DNA of 64,000 nucleotides from Octopus bimaculoides (GCF_001194135.2 NC_068983.1:138549285-138613284); one strand, 5' to 3'. Shown: positions 12,966 to 24,660, counted from the first letter of the stretch. The notes: generated by a model from the sequence alone, not told the origin. Program-made: numbers and translations.

Positions 12966-13883
12966 ATGAATATACAACTGTACAACAAATTGTTCTCTGT
13001 AGCAAAATTCGCTCACAAGTCATTGTTTAACTCATGTCTATAAAAGGATATATGTACAAGGTACAAGAAATTGTGCAGTGGGACCAGTCTTTACACTATG
13101 TTGGTTTTAGCCGAAATTCTTAATCACACTGCTACAACATTTCTGTCTTATAAGCACGTTTTCTGCTACATAGTGTTATATTTTATCGCACAAAACTGTT
13201 GATTCCCAGACAATAGATATATTTTCTTTCTTAAATATCAGTACAGCATATACACGTACTTGTATATTAATGACACTGGACCATCTGCTTGTTGGAATAT
13301 ACTTTTTAGGATAAGCAAAGTAAAATATATATGTGATTTTCTCACCGTCATTTTCTTATGCGACAGAACTTATAATACACTGAGTCTGTGAAAGCATTTT
13401 CTGTAACGATGATTGATGGAAAAGAGCTTAACTACCTGTGTCAAGAAACCTTTAGCTATGTTACTTTTAACCTAGACATCATCCTACATTCATTGTAACC
13501 AGGTTATTTATGAATGATTCATTATAGTTACCATAGTCATAAGCTACTATATAACCTCCTAAACTATATTTAGAAAACTTACATTAACCATCTTATGAGC
13601 CTAATTTCCACTTTGCTTAATATCTAGCGCCAGAAATGTTATTAAAATTGTTAAAGTTTCGTTTGCTAAGGATTTAAATACAGATGAGCTCTGAATTTTG
13701 TCCGCTCGCTGATATAAGCGCAGTAGTTCTACAATATTGAGATAGATCATATTCCTACCTTTATCTAACTTATGACAATAAATTAAAGCTTTCTGAGAAC
13801 TTGCTGATACAGGTTGATAAGATATGGTCAGTAGAAGGTTAGCTTATGTAAGAATATCTACACATATGTGTGTATGTATGTCA

Positions 13884-13964
13884 TTATTCAGTTTATTTCA
13901 TGTTTTCCTGCCAATAGAGAAAGAATCAGTTTCTAACCTAAATCCAAGGCTACTTCATTAGAAC
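13884..13964 (-). repeat. Dispersed repeat; second copy at 58909-58990 (+)
   Basis: Reverse complement ..aatgaagtagccttggatttaggttagaaactgattctttctctattggc.. matches ..aatgaaggagtcttggatctaggttagaaaccgactctgtctctattag.. Confidence 0.8.
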
Positions 13965-14162
13965 TTAAACATCAACAATAGGGCTTTTTTGTATGTATGC
14001 ATGTATGTATGTATGTATGTATGTATGTATGTATGTGTGTGTGTGTATGTATGTATGTATGTATGTATGTATGTATGCTTGTATGTATGCATGCATGAAT
14101 TTATGTTTTATGTTATATTTATGCACGTGTATAGATATACCTGTATGCGTGCTCTTATATAA

Positions 14163-14316
14163 GTTAATATGTGTTTATTTTTGTCATCGTTATTCCATTT
14201 CGTCAAACCGAAGAAATTGCTATACTAAAACTTGGAATATATTCCACGTTTTAGTATAGTAATTTCTTCAGTTTGACGAAATGGAATAACGATGACAAAA
14301 ATATACACAATTAACC
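14163..14316. repeat. Near-perfect ~150-bp palindrome / hairpin
   Basis: Centre ggaatatattcc (14234-14245); the 60-bp core arms differ at only 3 positions. Confidence 0.95.
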
Positions 14317-15054
14317 TCCCTTGATACTTGCCTAGCAATTTGCTGTTATTCTTAATTTTGTGTTACTTTGCTCTAAAAATATTTCACTTACGATAGTGAT
14401 CTAGTACCTTTCACTGATGCCGGCATTATGCTTCAACATTATTTTTCAATTGGTCTATAGCCACCAACTTTCGACCATCTCCGTTTAACGTTAGTTGTTA
14501 TTTCAGCATGTGTCTACTACTATAAGTTCTTGGTCGTAAATAGGTGCGCTAAAAAAAAAAAAAAAAAAAAAAAAGAAAAAATGTCAAAACATTAAAAAAT
14601 AAAATCGAGGACGTGACTAATACCAACACATCTTAATTACAATCCAAAATATCTTCTTTCCTTACTATACAATTTGCTCCGTTATATTTTCAGACGCCAT
14701 TTTTACTAAGAAAAATAAAAGTAGAGTTGTAAGCTCAAATATCCTTAATGAACGTTTGAAGTTTAGAGGGATACGTGAAATACATTACTCCTTTTCAAAA
14801 ATACAAGATTTTAACTGAATCTTTCGGGGCTCCAAGGAAGAGAAACATATTTTTGAAGAAAAGTAATTTAATGGAAACGAAATCCTCGATTTCTTGTTAA
14901 TCGTTTGCAATTTTTGCTATTAACATTTGATTTACAGACCTCTTTATTTGCCCCAGAGTTTTCATGGCTGCTATCAGTTCTCGTTTTCTTTTATTTGGGG
15001 GATTAGTGTCTCTCTGCTCTTATTCAGATTATATTCTCAAGCAAATTATACGGT

Positions 15055-15800
15055 ATACCACCGTCTCCAGGAAATTTTCCAAACTAGGAAGTGAAAAGAT
15101 GCTGTAATATTGGCAAAGGCACAACACTTTACAGACATTTTCTTGGCTTCAAAAAGGATAACTCAAAAGTTAGTGAACAATCAATAACATATATATCTTT
15201 TTCGAGAATCTAACTGCACACTCACAAACATCTGCAAAAAGTAGGAGTAACATATCAATTCAAGATACTGAAGATGAAGAATCACCGCATCCTATTGACA
15301 TGGATAGTGAAGTTCCATCTTGGGATCTAGGTCGAGCCATATGGTTTCTGCCAGAGAAAAGTATGTGTTGATGTTCTTTCAGTCAAAATCATATATCATT
15401 CTTCGACCCAGAATCTGGACATTATCAAAATAAGTGAATGCAAGATGGATGCAAAAAAAGAATAAAGCTCCTAGACGAGAAATATCGTCATAAGGCCGGT
15501 TTCTCAGTTTGTTTGTGTGGCATATATATTCTGGACGTGGCGCCGGTCCGTCACAGGAAAGCTGGATGGGCACTATCATTTATTTTAAGAATTCAATGTT
15601 TTATACTATTCGTAAAAATGGTGAGCAACTTTTAAAAAGTAGCTCCTGTAAAATCCAGCAATAAGTATACAGTAGTGTATTGCTTTTAATGTGATTTGAT
15701 GATGTCAAGACGCTGTGACAAATTTTTCAGCTTTAAGAATGGCTTTAATAATTGGCAAAATGCAGAAGTGAAATTGAAAACACATGAACAAATCTAAGGT
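15055..15800 (+). mobile_element. hAT (ZMYM1-like / TTF zinc finger) transposase N-terminal remnant
   Basis: SRKF..GSEK..QKG*L, GPSQ, YFKNSMFYTIRKNGEQ, VYCF*C and FKNGFNNWQNAEVKLKTHE (cf. NGE..R.WL.YS..VYCF.C and GF.NWK....HE); many stops. Confidence 0.65.
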
Positions 15801-15895
15801 CGCTGAAATTCTATGTTGTAGTTCAATATTTCACGTAAATTAAGGCGGTGAGCTGGCAGAAACGTTAACACGCCGGTCGAACTGCTTAGCGGTAT

Positions 15896-17532
15896 AACGG
15901 GTTTGTGAATTATTGTGAATACGGTTGTGTTACTTTGTGAAAACTGTCTCTGTAAATAACTGTGATTTTTGTGGAATTATTACGGTTACGTTTCACGCGA
16001 GCCGCTGCAATTTTTCCCAGCTATGGCAAGTGGTAGTGTCTCCAGTATGGAGAGCTACGCTAAGGCCACTGCGGTGAGGAAGCCAGTGCAGCTGGAAACC
16101 AAGTTAATCAAGTTGGATATAGAGGAGGTGACCAGAAGCAGGAATTTGATAGAAGTTGAGGGAGACTCATACAAATTGTGCCCCCCCAAAAGAGACTAAA
16201 GAAGAAAAACTTCTGAGGACAGTAGTGTATCGTATACAGGCTGTCGAAACCGGTAAAATTGAAATGGTGACGGAAGAGGAAATCGAGGAGTGCCCGGGTG
16301 AAATTGTGAATGAAGCCAAGTACATCAACAGAGGAAGAAGTTCGGTACGGTAGAGGTGAGGTTCGCCACTATAGAAGAGGCAACGAAGCATGCGACCAAC
16401 ATTTTAAGAAGTGCAAAAATAGCATTGCTACCAGGTTATAGAGGAAGAAGAAGTGTGAAAATACGCATTCCCAGAGTTACACCAGAAATTAAGCCAGAGT
16501 GGTTGGTCGCAACAGTGCTGGCTGCATCCAAGGAGGAGCCGGAATTGGGACCAGTGGCGAAATCAAAAGTGCGCAAATGGTGGGGATTTGGACTCGAAAT
16601 GTGGCTTTTTGCCACATTCGAGGACATAGAAAAAATTCCCTACCATATAGAAGTGGAGGATGAGAGAACGTTAAATGTTGTAGTCGAGGGAAGGAAACCA
16701 AATTGCTACATATGCTTGGAAAGAGGTCATATGAAGACCAAATGCCACCTATATGAGTTCACACAGTCACAGCAAGAGAAAGCACAAGCAGAGGAGGAAA
16801 ACATTGCAGACCATACTGAGGAAATGATAGAAAGACAGAAGTGTGAAACAGAGAAAACAAAGGAGAAGAACGAAAATGGAGCTACTAATCCTAAAAAGCG
16901 AAAGAAAAATCAGTCAAAGGAACGGTCAACAGAAAACAAAAAGGAGATATAAAAGCCAGAAACTAATAATGTACAAGAAGAGGAGGAGAGAACGGATAAA
17001 GATGTCAAATATAAGGGGGTTTTGATAAAGTACGAGAATTGGGAACAGATGGAGAGAAAAGTCTAGAGGTTGGAGGAAATAATAAGAGTGAAGATGCCAG
17101 AGAAATGTGCTGAGAAATGCATTTTGATACATGAGGAAAACTACTGGGAGTACATAAAAGAACTTGGTGAAAACATAATAACGAAACGGGTATGGTTGGT
17201 GGAGACCCCCCCCCCCTAGAACTGATTATTTGCAGTTGATAAGGACGGAAGTAACAATGGTTAATGGGGGAAAGGTAACGGGAGTGTTTGAATTGTTTGA
17301 ATTACAAAACCGTTAAAATGTTTATATGACGTTAAACGTAAAAGTGAAAAACTGGATAAATGTAACCACCCAACTTTGGGGATCGAATGTATATTGCGCC
17401 TCATTTTTTCATTCTTGCATATTATCATTTTATTTTAATTATCCCGATTTTATGTTTGTTGCGTTTTTTACTGTCTATGTTTTGTGATGTCTTAAAAATT
17501 CTTTGTATAGCCTTTATGGGTAATAAAGAAAT
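15896..17532 (+). mobile_element. ORF1-only L1/Tx1-like non-autonomous retroelement (1637 bp)
   Basis: Flanked by cggtat/cgatat (6-bp TSD, one mismatch); short 5' leader, ORF1, T-rich 3' region ending AATAAAGAAAT; no endonuclease or RT motifs. Confidence 0.8.
16023..17316 (+). pseudogene. Frameshifted ORF1/gag-like nucleic-acid-binding protein with CCHC zinc knuckle (~430 aa reconstructed)
   Basis: MASGSVSSMESYAKA.. / ..LLPGYRGRRSVKIRIPRV..LNVVVEGRKPNCYICLERGHMKTKC (C-x2-C-x4-H-x4-C), then a charged K/E tract; about 4 frameshifts and 1 stop. Confidence 0.8.
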
Positions 17533-17763
17533 CGATATTTCGTCTGTCTTTACGTTTCGAGTTTAAATTCCGCTGAGGTCGACTTTGCCTTTCATCCTTT
17601 CTGGGTCCACAAATTAAGTACCAGTTTCGTACTGAGGTCGATCTAATCGACTGGCCCCTTCCCTCAAAATTTCGGGCCTTGTGCCTAGAAGAGAAAAGAA
17701 TATTTCACGTAAGGTATGTTAATAAGAAGTTAGAAAATGCAGGAAAAGCAGAAATATTGGACT

Positions 17764-18700
17764 GAAATATTGCGCTGTGCTGTGGCGGTGATAATATTTC
17801 TAATCGCAAGAGACCTTGCTTATAGGAGTTGCGAAAGATTATAGGATACAAGCATAATGGACATTTTTGGGAACTGTTGAACTTACTGCAGAACCTGATC
17901 CATTTCTAATGAGTTAGTTGAAGCATTTGACAATCCTGGAAGTGGTACGTTGATCAGCTAACAGCTATTGGGCGTTATGTTACTTCCTGGAAACCGATAG
18001 AAAGGCTTTTAGCTTTCTCACAGACTATTTCTCACAAAGGGAAAATACTGGCTACATCTCTGTTAGAATTTCTTATCTCAAAATTTCCATTAAGATTTGA
18101 GGGGTCAGATGGGTGGTATGTTGTAAATACTGCATTTGAATGCGTCAATAACATTATAGACGTAATATCTTTGCTGGTGTATATTGCAAATCTGTTACGA
18201 TGTCTTTCTTTCCTGTTTGCGCAAGGCCCAGTATACTTTGGTATGTCTATCTCTCCATCAGATATATCGGTAGATAGATGAATTTTTGTAACTGATGGGC
18301 ATTCATTACTTTCTTGCAGAAAGATCGCTCAAATATAGAATTTTGCTACTATTATAGAACTGGATCCGGCCTCTGAATCTTAATAATAACATCGGTGGGA
18401 TGCTTGAGGTTGGTGGCTGTGACGGCTATTCTGGATTTTAATTATTTGTGGTGGCTGTCTGTGCGAGTGGTGCATGTCCCTGGCTTTCTGCATCTTTATG
18501 CTGCATAAAATTACCTAATAGACTTATGGATGGTTTCACAAGGGATTTAATGAATGAATGAATGCATTCTTTTCCTATTTGTGTCATTGACTTATAGAAG
18601 TCAGAGCTATCTAATGCTCCTGTAGTCAGGCTGTTGTTTGAAGCCACCTCAGTCCATTTCTATGGTTATAAAACACAAGCCGTTCTTCAAATGGCCGATT
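17764..18700 (-). mobile_element. CR1/L2-like LINE, AP-endonuclease region remnant
   Basis: Reverse complement VTKIHLSTDISDGEIDIPKY..ANRKERHRNRFAIY..TYHPSD (cf. vTEthL..dI.dgEi.Ip.Y...R.dR....ggVaiY..YrPP). Confidence 0.7.
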
Positions 18701-19289
18701 TCGTTTCTTTTAATAAAGTCAGCTTTTTTTGGTAACAATCAGATCAAGTGAATTTTTTGAGAGTTAAAGAAATTAGAGCAATTCAGGATGAAAGTTGCGT
18801 TTTTTTTTTAAGATAATATATTAATCTAATTAGATTTGACAAGTTTATAATTTTCGAAGAGGTTTACGATAAACGTTGGAGAGTGTTTACTTTTTACGAT
18901 AATAAATTTGTTGCTTACAATTTCGTCCAGAGAGATTTACAGTGAAGAGTATTTAATTAAGATAATAAATTTGTCTAATTAGACTCATCTGGCTACTTTA
19001 TTATTATTTTTTTTTGTTGATAATTTCGTTTGAAAAGATTTACGACGTACAGTTGAAGAGTGATTGTTGTGAAATTATCAAAAGGAAATGAAATCACGAA
19101 AAAAGATAATAAAATGAGATATAAAACCCTACTTACATGACACTGTGTTTGAAATCCAAGTGAAATATTTCCTGTCATTTACTTTGTAAATAGATTTGGT
19201 ACAATGTAACCAAGTGGTTTCACTATTGTTGGTCTCAAATTCTAGCACACGTCTAAGTATTTCGGGTGAGTCAGTAATTTGAGTGCTCA

Positions 19290-19420
19290 GCGGGTACTTA
19301 ATTTGTTGACCCAGAAAGGATGAGAAGCAAAGTCGACCTCGGAAGAATTTGGATTCAGAATATAAAAGAAGGATGGAATGCTGCCAAACATTTTCCGGCG
19401 TGCTAACAGTTCTTCTAGCT
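19290..19420 (-). mobile_element. Family A SINE fragment
   Basis: ggtacttaatttgttgacccagaaaggatgagaagcaaagtcgacctcgg...ggcgtgctaac. Confidence 0.8.
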
Positions 19421-19659
19421 CATTGTTCTAAAGTGGTTTCGTTAATAGTGATGCTAAAAGTTAATAAGATTTACTGAATGAGTTGTAAAATATTAGTAAA
19501 TTTCACAAAATAGAATTAAATATAAAAGTATGAGTTGCTTTATGTGTATGCCTATATGAAAACGTTCAAATATTTCTTGAAAATAAAACTTATGAAATAG
19601 TGTGCAACGCGGTAGACTTGCCAATGCCTAACTATCCTTTCTACCATATGAGCAAGGCC

Positions 19660-19940
19660 TATGTACGCAGCCGGTACTTAATTTATCAACCCCAAAAGGA
19701 TGAAAGTCAGACTCGAAATATTGCACTGTGTTGTGGCGGTGATAATATTACTAATTGCAAGAGGCCTTGCGTATAGGAGTTGCGACCCCCGTACGCAACT
19801 GGTACTTAATTTATCAACCTCAAAAGGATGAAAGGCAAACACGACTTCGGTGGAATTTGAACTCAGAACGTATAGACAGACGAAATACTGCTAAGCATTT
19901 TACCCTGCGTGCTAACGATTCTCCCAGCTCGCCGCCTTCC
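19660..19940 (-). mobile_element. Family A SINE with duplicated segment and captured 71-bp LINE piece
   Basis: gtacgca..ggtacttaatttatcaacc..aaaaggatgaaag occurs twice, either side of 19715-19785; the head ccagctcgccgcctt ends at ~19939. Confidence 0.82.
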
Positions 19941-20061
19941 AATGTATCAATATGTCAATAAATTTCACTAAATGATGGGATGAGGTGTATTTTCTTCATC
20001 ATACGTCGAATTCTAGATTGTAGAAGTTACTGTGATTTTACGTGGCATTTAGTGAGTCAAA

Positions 20062-20270
20062 GATGAAAGGGTGTTGAAAAGTTCCTGGTTTTGGATAAAA
20101 GAAAATACAGGAGGATCAGTTTGTTTATTAGATTTACACACTTATTACAGCGGTCCTTCAGTTTAGCTAAGCCCTGTAAAAGAACTTGGAAATTTGGGCT
20201 TCCAACCAGGTCTTTCGCGATACCTTTAAAGTCAGAAACTTCCCTGCAGCCCCTTGTAATATCAAACCCG
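20062..20270 (-). mobile_element. mariner C-terminal remnant plus terminal inverted repeat
   Basis: Reverse complement EVSDFK..NFQVLLQGLAKLKDRCNKCVNL; TIR-like gaaagggtgttgaaaagttcctgg. Confidence 0.75.
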
Positions 20271-20349
20271 AGAAGCGTGCAAATTTTCAGATTATGAAAA
20301 AAAAAACAAAAAAAAAAAAACTTCTGCATAAAATATATATCTGACTCAC

Positions 20350-21187
20350 TGGTTCGCTTTCCATTATGGTCTTCTTCTTTTCGCTTGTTTTGTTTCCCTC
20401 AAGAAATAAGTTCATTTCTCTTCACTTCCTGTTTCACTTCCTCCCTTATTCCGTTTATACCGTTTTTCTATCTTCGACAGCTTAACTCTTCAGTTGTTTT
20501 CTGTTACTTTCTCCTAATCAAAAAAAACTTTTCAACATACACATACATAAACATATATGTATCTATACATATATATATACACAGAGCGAGAGAGATTACA
20601 TATGTATCTCTACACGCGAATATTATATGTCAACACATGTACATACAAATATATTATAATCAAATAATACGCGTGGTTACCCTAGTTATAAGGGGTGATT
20701 GGCTTATGTTCATAAACTTGTGAGTGCAATTCTTAAATCAGGCGAAATGTCGGGTCCTTGTTAAAAGCATTTTCTTTCCACTTATGTGTATTTACTCAGA
20801 CATAATAAATACCAGCTGGTACTGGTTCAACCGGCTCTACTCCCGACAATCTCAAAGTAAATGCTTTGCAGAGACAAGGCGAAAATGGGCCAAATTACTT
20901 TGAAAGTATCATACATGTTATCAATTCATATACGCTCGCTAGCCAATACTGACTGTACTTTAATCTTGTCCTATCTTACTAAATTGATTATAAGAGAATC
21001 ACAATATTGAAATACACCAATAAATTGTTTAGATCATGTTTCCGAGTAATCTTCCTCACNNNNNNNNNNNNNNNNNNNNNNNNNNNNNNNNNNNNNNNNN
21101 NNNNNNNNNNNNNNNNNNNNNNNNNNNNNNNNNNNNNNNNNNNNNNNNNNNNNNNNNNNNNNNNNNNNNNNNNNNNNNNNNNNNNNN

Positions 21188-21229
<42 letters not shown>

Positions 21230-21869
21230 CATACATGTGTGTGTGTATGCACATGTGCATTTCTGAGTGTATCTGTGTGTATATGTACCATAAGGACATT
21301 AAATACATTTACTTGTAAAGTATTAACTAATTCCTATGTTCTATGTTACATACTTTTCTTTGTACGCTAATTGATAAATCCAAATAATTTATTCCTAATA
21401 TTGCTGAATATATGAACATTTTGATTGTGAAATCATACCTAACATTTGGGCAATCGAGGTTTAATCATACTTCATTAGTCGTATATCAAATATTTTATTA
21501 CTAGATCGACATTCAAGTTATCAAGGTAATATCAGAAATATTTTCTGATGCAGAGTTAATTAATCTACACGTACCGGTATCTCTTAAATAATTTTAGACA
21601 CATATATACACACGCAATCATTCACACATACAAACATACATTCGCACATACACCTTTCTCTCTCCCATTCTCTCTGGCTCGCTAGTTGGCTTTCTATTAT
21701 CGTCTTTTTCTTTTTGCTTGCTTTGTTTCCCTCCAGAAATACGTTCATTTCTCTTCACTTCCTGTTTCACTTCCTCTCTTATTCCATTTATTCCATTTTT
21801 TTCTATCTTCGACAGCTTAACTCTTCGGTTGTTTTCTGTTACTTTCTCCTAATCAAAAAAACTTTTCAA
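20350..21869. repeat. ~186-bp direct repeat (20350-20535 and 21683-21869)
   Basis: Both copies contain ttcatttctcttcacttcctgtttcacttcctc...ctatcttcgacagcttaactcttc.gttgttttctgttactttctcctaatcaaaaaa; roughly 90% identical by eye. Confidence 0.9.
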
Positions 21870-22458
21870 TATTTATTTACCTCCTTGCCTCAACTTCCCT
21901 TATACTCTTGTCTCAGTTGTTATACTATTTATAATTTTTTGTTTGTTCCGTTCATAGTCGGAAGACAATTCATTCATTTCTCTTGTGTTTTTCTGCAAAC
22001 ATTTATATTGTTATCGTCTTGTCCTGTAATTTTTATCTGTGGTAGCTCCCAGCTATAGCTAGCGAACTCTACTAAATGTATTATGGTCCTCTCACAATCG
22101 TTTGAAACCATATTGGGTTTAGTCAAAGGTTGGTGAAGTACTTGGCTATTTCATTTTACTATTGCGTGTGTAATGTCTGCTTGTCTACACTCGTTTTCTA
22201 TTTTCTAGGCGAACTTCGATCGTAACACATCCCATCTCCCCACCTTACGTTTCACTCTTGAAATTTCGTTGTTTTCTTTTCTCTTTCTTTTTGTTATCGC
22301 ATTGTTCTGTACAATTTATTAAGTTTATTTTTTTATTCGATACCGAGCACACTTGTAAACATACATTTCATCTTTGCTAAAGAGATTCCGTCAAGAGCTG
22401 AAATATAGCGACAGTGAATTCATTATATAACTATCAAACCTACTGGTGTCCGCTCGAT

Positions 22459-22515
22459 GCCTTTCACTAGTTTCAGTCATTAGACTGCAGCCATGCTGAA
22501 GCACCATCTTGAAAA
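22459..22515 (-). mobile_element. SINE/LINE-type 3' tail
   Basis: Reverse complement ttcaagatggtgcttcagcatggctgcagtctaatgactgaaactagtgaaag matches the tail at 49656-49712 and 45945-45985. Confidence 0.85.
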
Positions 22516-22523
22516 AGTGAGAT

Positions 22524-22637
22524 GCTTACAACGATTAGGTTTCCCAAGCGGTTATCCTAATAAGTACTAGCTTCTACGTTACTTAACTTCGATGATTAGA
22601 TGAGAACCAGTGCATTTACCGTGATATGGTCGTAAGA
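22524..22637 (-). pseudogene. 5S rRNA: Degenerate near-full-length 5S rRNA copy
   Basis: Reverse complement TCTTACGACCATATCACGGTAAATGCACTGGTTCTCATCTAATCATCGAAGTTAAGTAACGTAGAAGCTAGTACTTATTAGGATAACCGCTTGGGAAACCTAATCGTTGTAAGC is colinear with the metazoan 5S consensus (GACCATA, GAAGTTAAG, TAGTACTT, GACCGCCTGGGAA). Confidence 0.9.
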
Positions 22638-23224
22638 TGCGTCAAGTTACTTTTTTACATGCAGTAGTAAACATATCAAATATCCAAATATTTACTCATT
22701 CAATAAATTTACCGCATATTACTTTAGAGATAACGAAGACACATGAATTCATTTAAGCTCCATTGAAAAGTAAGCTGTGGCGATGTAATGACAACAATTA
22801 CAATAAGAAACGGAACAAATCTTTGATAATCTCCAACGTTGAGCTATGCAGCTTATTTAATGTAATCCACATAACACATGTCATCTGAACCGGATTCTGT
22901 TTTACGTCGGAATCACTCCTCTGTCGAGTAAAAGTAACACATTATATGCTACAGAATCTAAATCTTTATCTTCTTGCCTAAATATTTATTGCAGTCGTAA
23001 AGAGAGGAAGGACAGGAAAGAGTTTATAGCAACAAGAAAGTTAAACTAACAAATTTTGATGCATAGACTTATAGACACATTCCCTTGTGTGACACATACT
23101 TCAGAGATCTGTATTTTTCTCTCAGAAGCTATGGCACATATTTACTACCTTTATACTTATGGGTCAAAAGTTAGTTTCGTGTTACTTTATATCTTATATT
23201 TTTACATATCAGAGGTCTCTCTCT

Positions 23225-23265
<41 letters not shown>

Positions 23266-23682
23266 TGTATGTGTGTGTGTGTACACTCGCTTGAACTAGA
23301 TAGAGAGCATATAATTTTTTAATATGCTTATATTTTCATTATATAACTTGGGTGCTCTAGCTAATATAACTTTCGATCGACCATGATCATAGAGATAACA
23401 TTTTTTATGGTAACTAAAAATGATTTAGCGTTTTTTCTATGTATTAATAACTCTGTGTTAATAACTAATACTTTCTGCGTTTAAATTATCCTTCTGGTTG
23501 TATTACAATGGGATTTGCTGATTTTTTATTTGGTATATGGATATATCTTTACATCGATATGCTAACTAATATATATATGTATATGTAAACTATATTCATT
23601 TGAATAGCATTGAGATTAGTTTGGCCGTTGATATTGATTGTAATGTGGTAGTTGATTAACCATTTCATATTTATTCTCTCTT

Positions 23683-23905
23683 AAGGGGCGGTGTGCTAGT
23701 AAAATTGTTACCACGCCTGACAAAATTCTTAGGGGCATTTCTTCCAAGTTTGCGTTCTGAGTTCAAATTGAGCCTGGGTCGACTTTGCTTCTCATACTTT
23801 CGGGATCAATAAAGCAATCGCCAGTTCAGCACTGGAGTCGATGTAATTGACATGCGCCCTCCCCAACATTTGTTGGCCTTGTGTCCATATTTGAAACCAA
23901 TATTT
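23683..23905 (+). mobile_element. Family A-like tRNA-SINE, diverged
   Basis: taaggggcggtgtgctagtaaaattgttacc..ttctgagttcaaatt (B box)..gggtcgactttgc..ggccttgtgtccatatttgaaacc. Confidence 0.82.
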
Positions 23906-24579
23906 ATTCTCTCTCATTATGCACAGCTACTCCGCCTGAATAACATCAAATGAGAGCTCGTCTATGAAATAGATAGTTCTGGTAAAAATGACAGCCAAAC
24001 ACCTCACTTATTAGAATAAAAAGATAAGTTGGAGAATGTAATCCAGATGCATTGTATGAAATAAGAAGCGATGGCACCGTTGGAAGATCTATGACCTGTC
24101 TTCATTACGATGAACTAGCTCCGAAGACAACCAAAACCATCTACATCCACTCCGTATGTATCTATATGAAGCTGTTATATCTCAAGTAGGGTATATGGCT
24201 GTGAGGGCGTATACCGGAAATGTCTACACTCATTAAGTCGTAATCTTGACGATGTTTTGATACCAAGGGACATAACTCTTAACTTAATCCCCTGTCGATT
24301 CGTTCTATCACCTTTTTCACAGCAACTACAAACCGGATGTCTTTTAATCTCCAGCAATAGAGAGCAATCGCCATATTTCATTCCTTAACGGCTACTTCTG
24401 AAGAGCGCAGTGTTACATAATCAGACTGTTACCTAAAACTCCGTGGAACACCTAGTGCGAAACAAATTGGTATCATCGGCCGTAATGGATAAATAATACT
24501 GTACATTTCGATTAATATACCCACTCTGCTGACAGATATACGAGTGCATTTTCCCTAACTTATGGCCTCTGGACGACGT

Positions 24580-24617
<38 letters not shown>

Positions 24618-24618
24618 T

Positions 24619-24660
<42 letters not shown>

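Larger units (their letters stand above)
15841..17700 (+). mobile_element. Family A tRNA-SINE split by an insertion (5' part 15841-15895, 3' part 17533-17700)
   Basis: Head taaggcggtgagctggcagaaacgtt...gcttagcggtat resumes as cgatatttcgtctgtctttacg...gtgcctagaagagaaaag. Confidence 0.92.

Noticed and set aside
14938-15360. Ionotropic glutamate receptor-like M1/M2 exon (SLFAPEFSWLL.. and SWDLGRAIWFL, followed by gtatgt)
   Set aside because: It needs several frameshifts, and the region together with its downstream sequence fits a decayed hAT transposase N-terminus much better (GSEK, NGE, VYCF.C, GFNNW..HE).
24433-24580. YIN..ADDTNLF, resembling an RT YADD motif
   Set aside because: Too short, and the neighbouring RT motifs are not recoverable.
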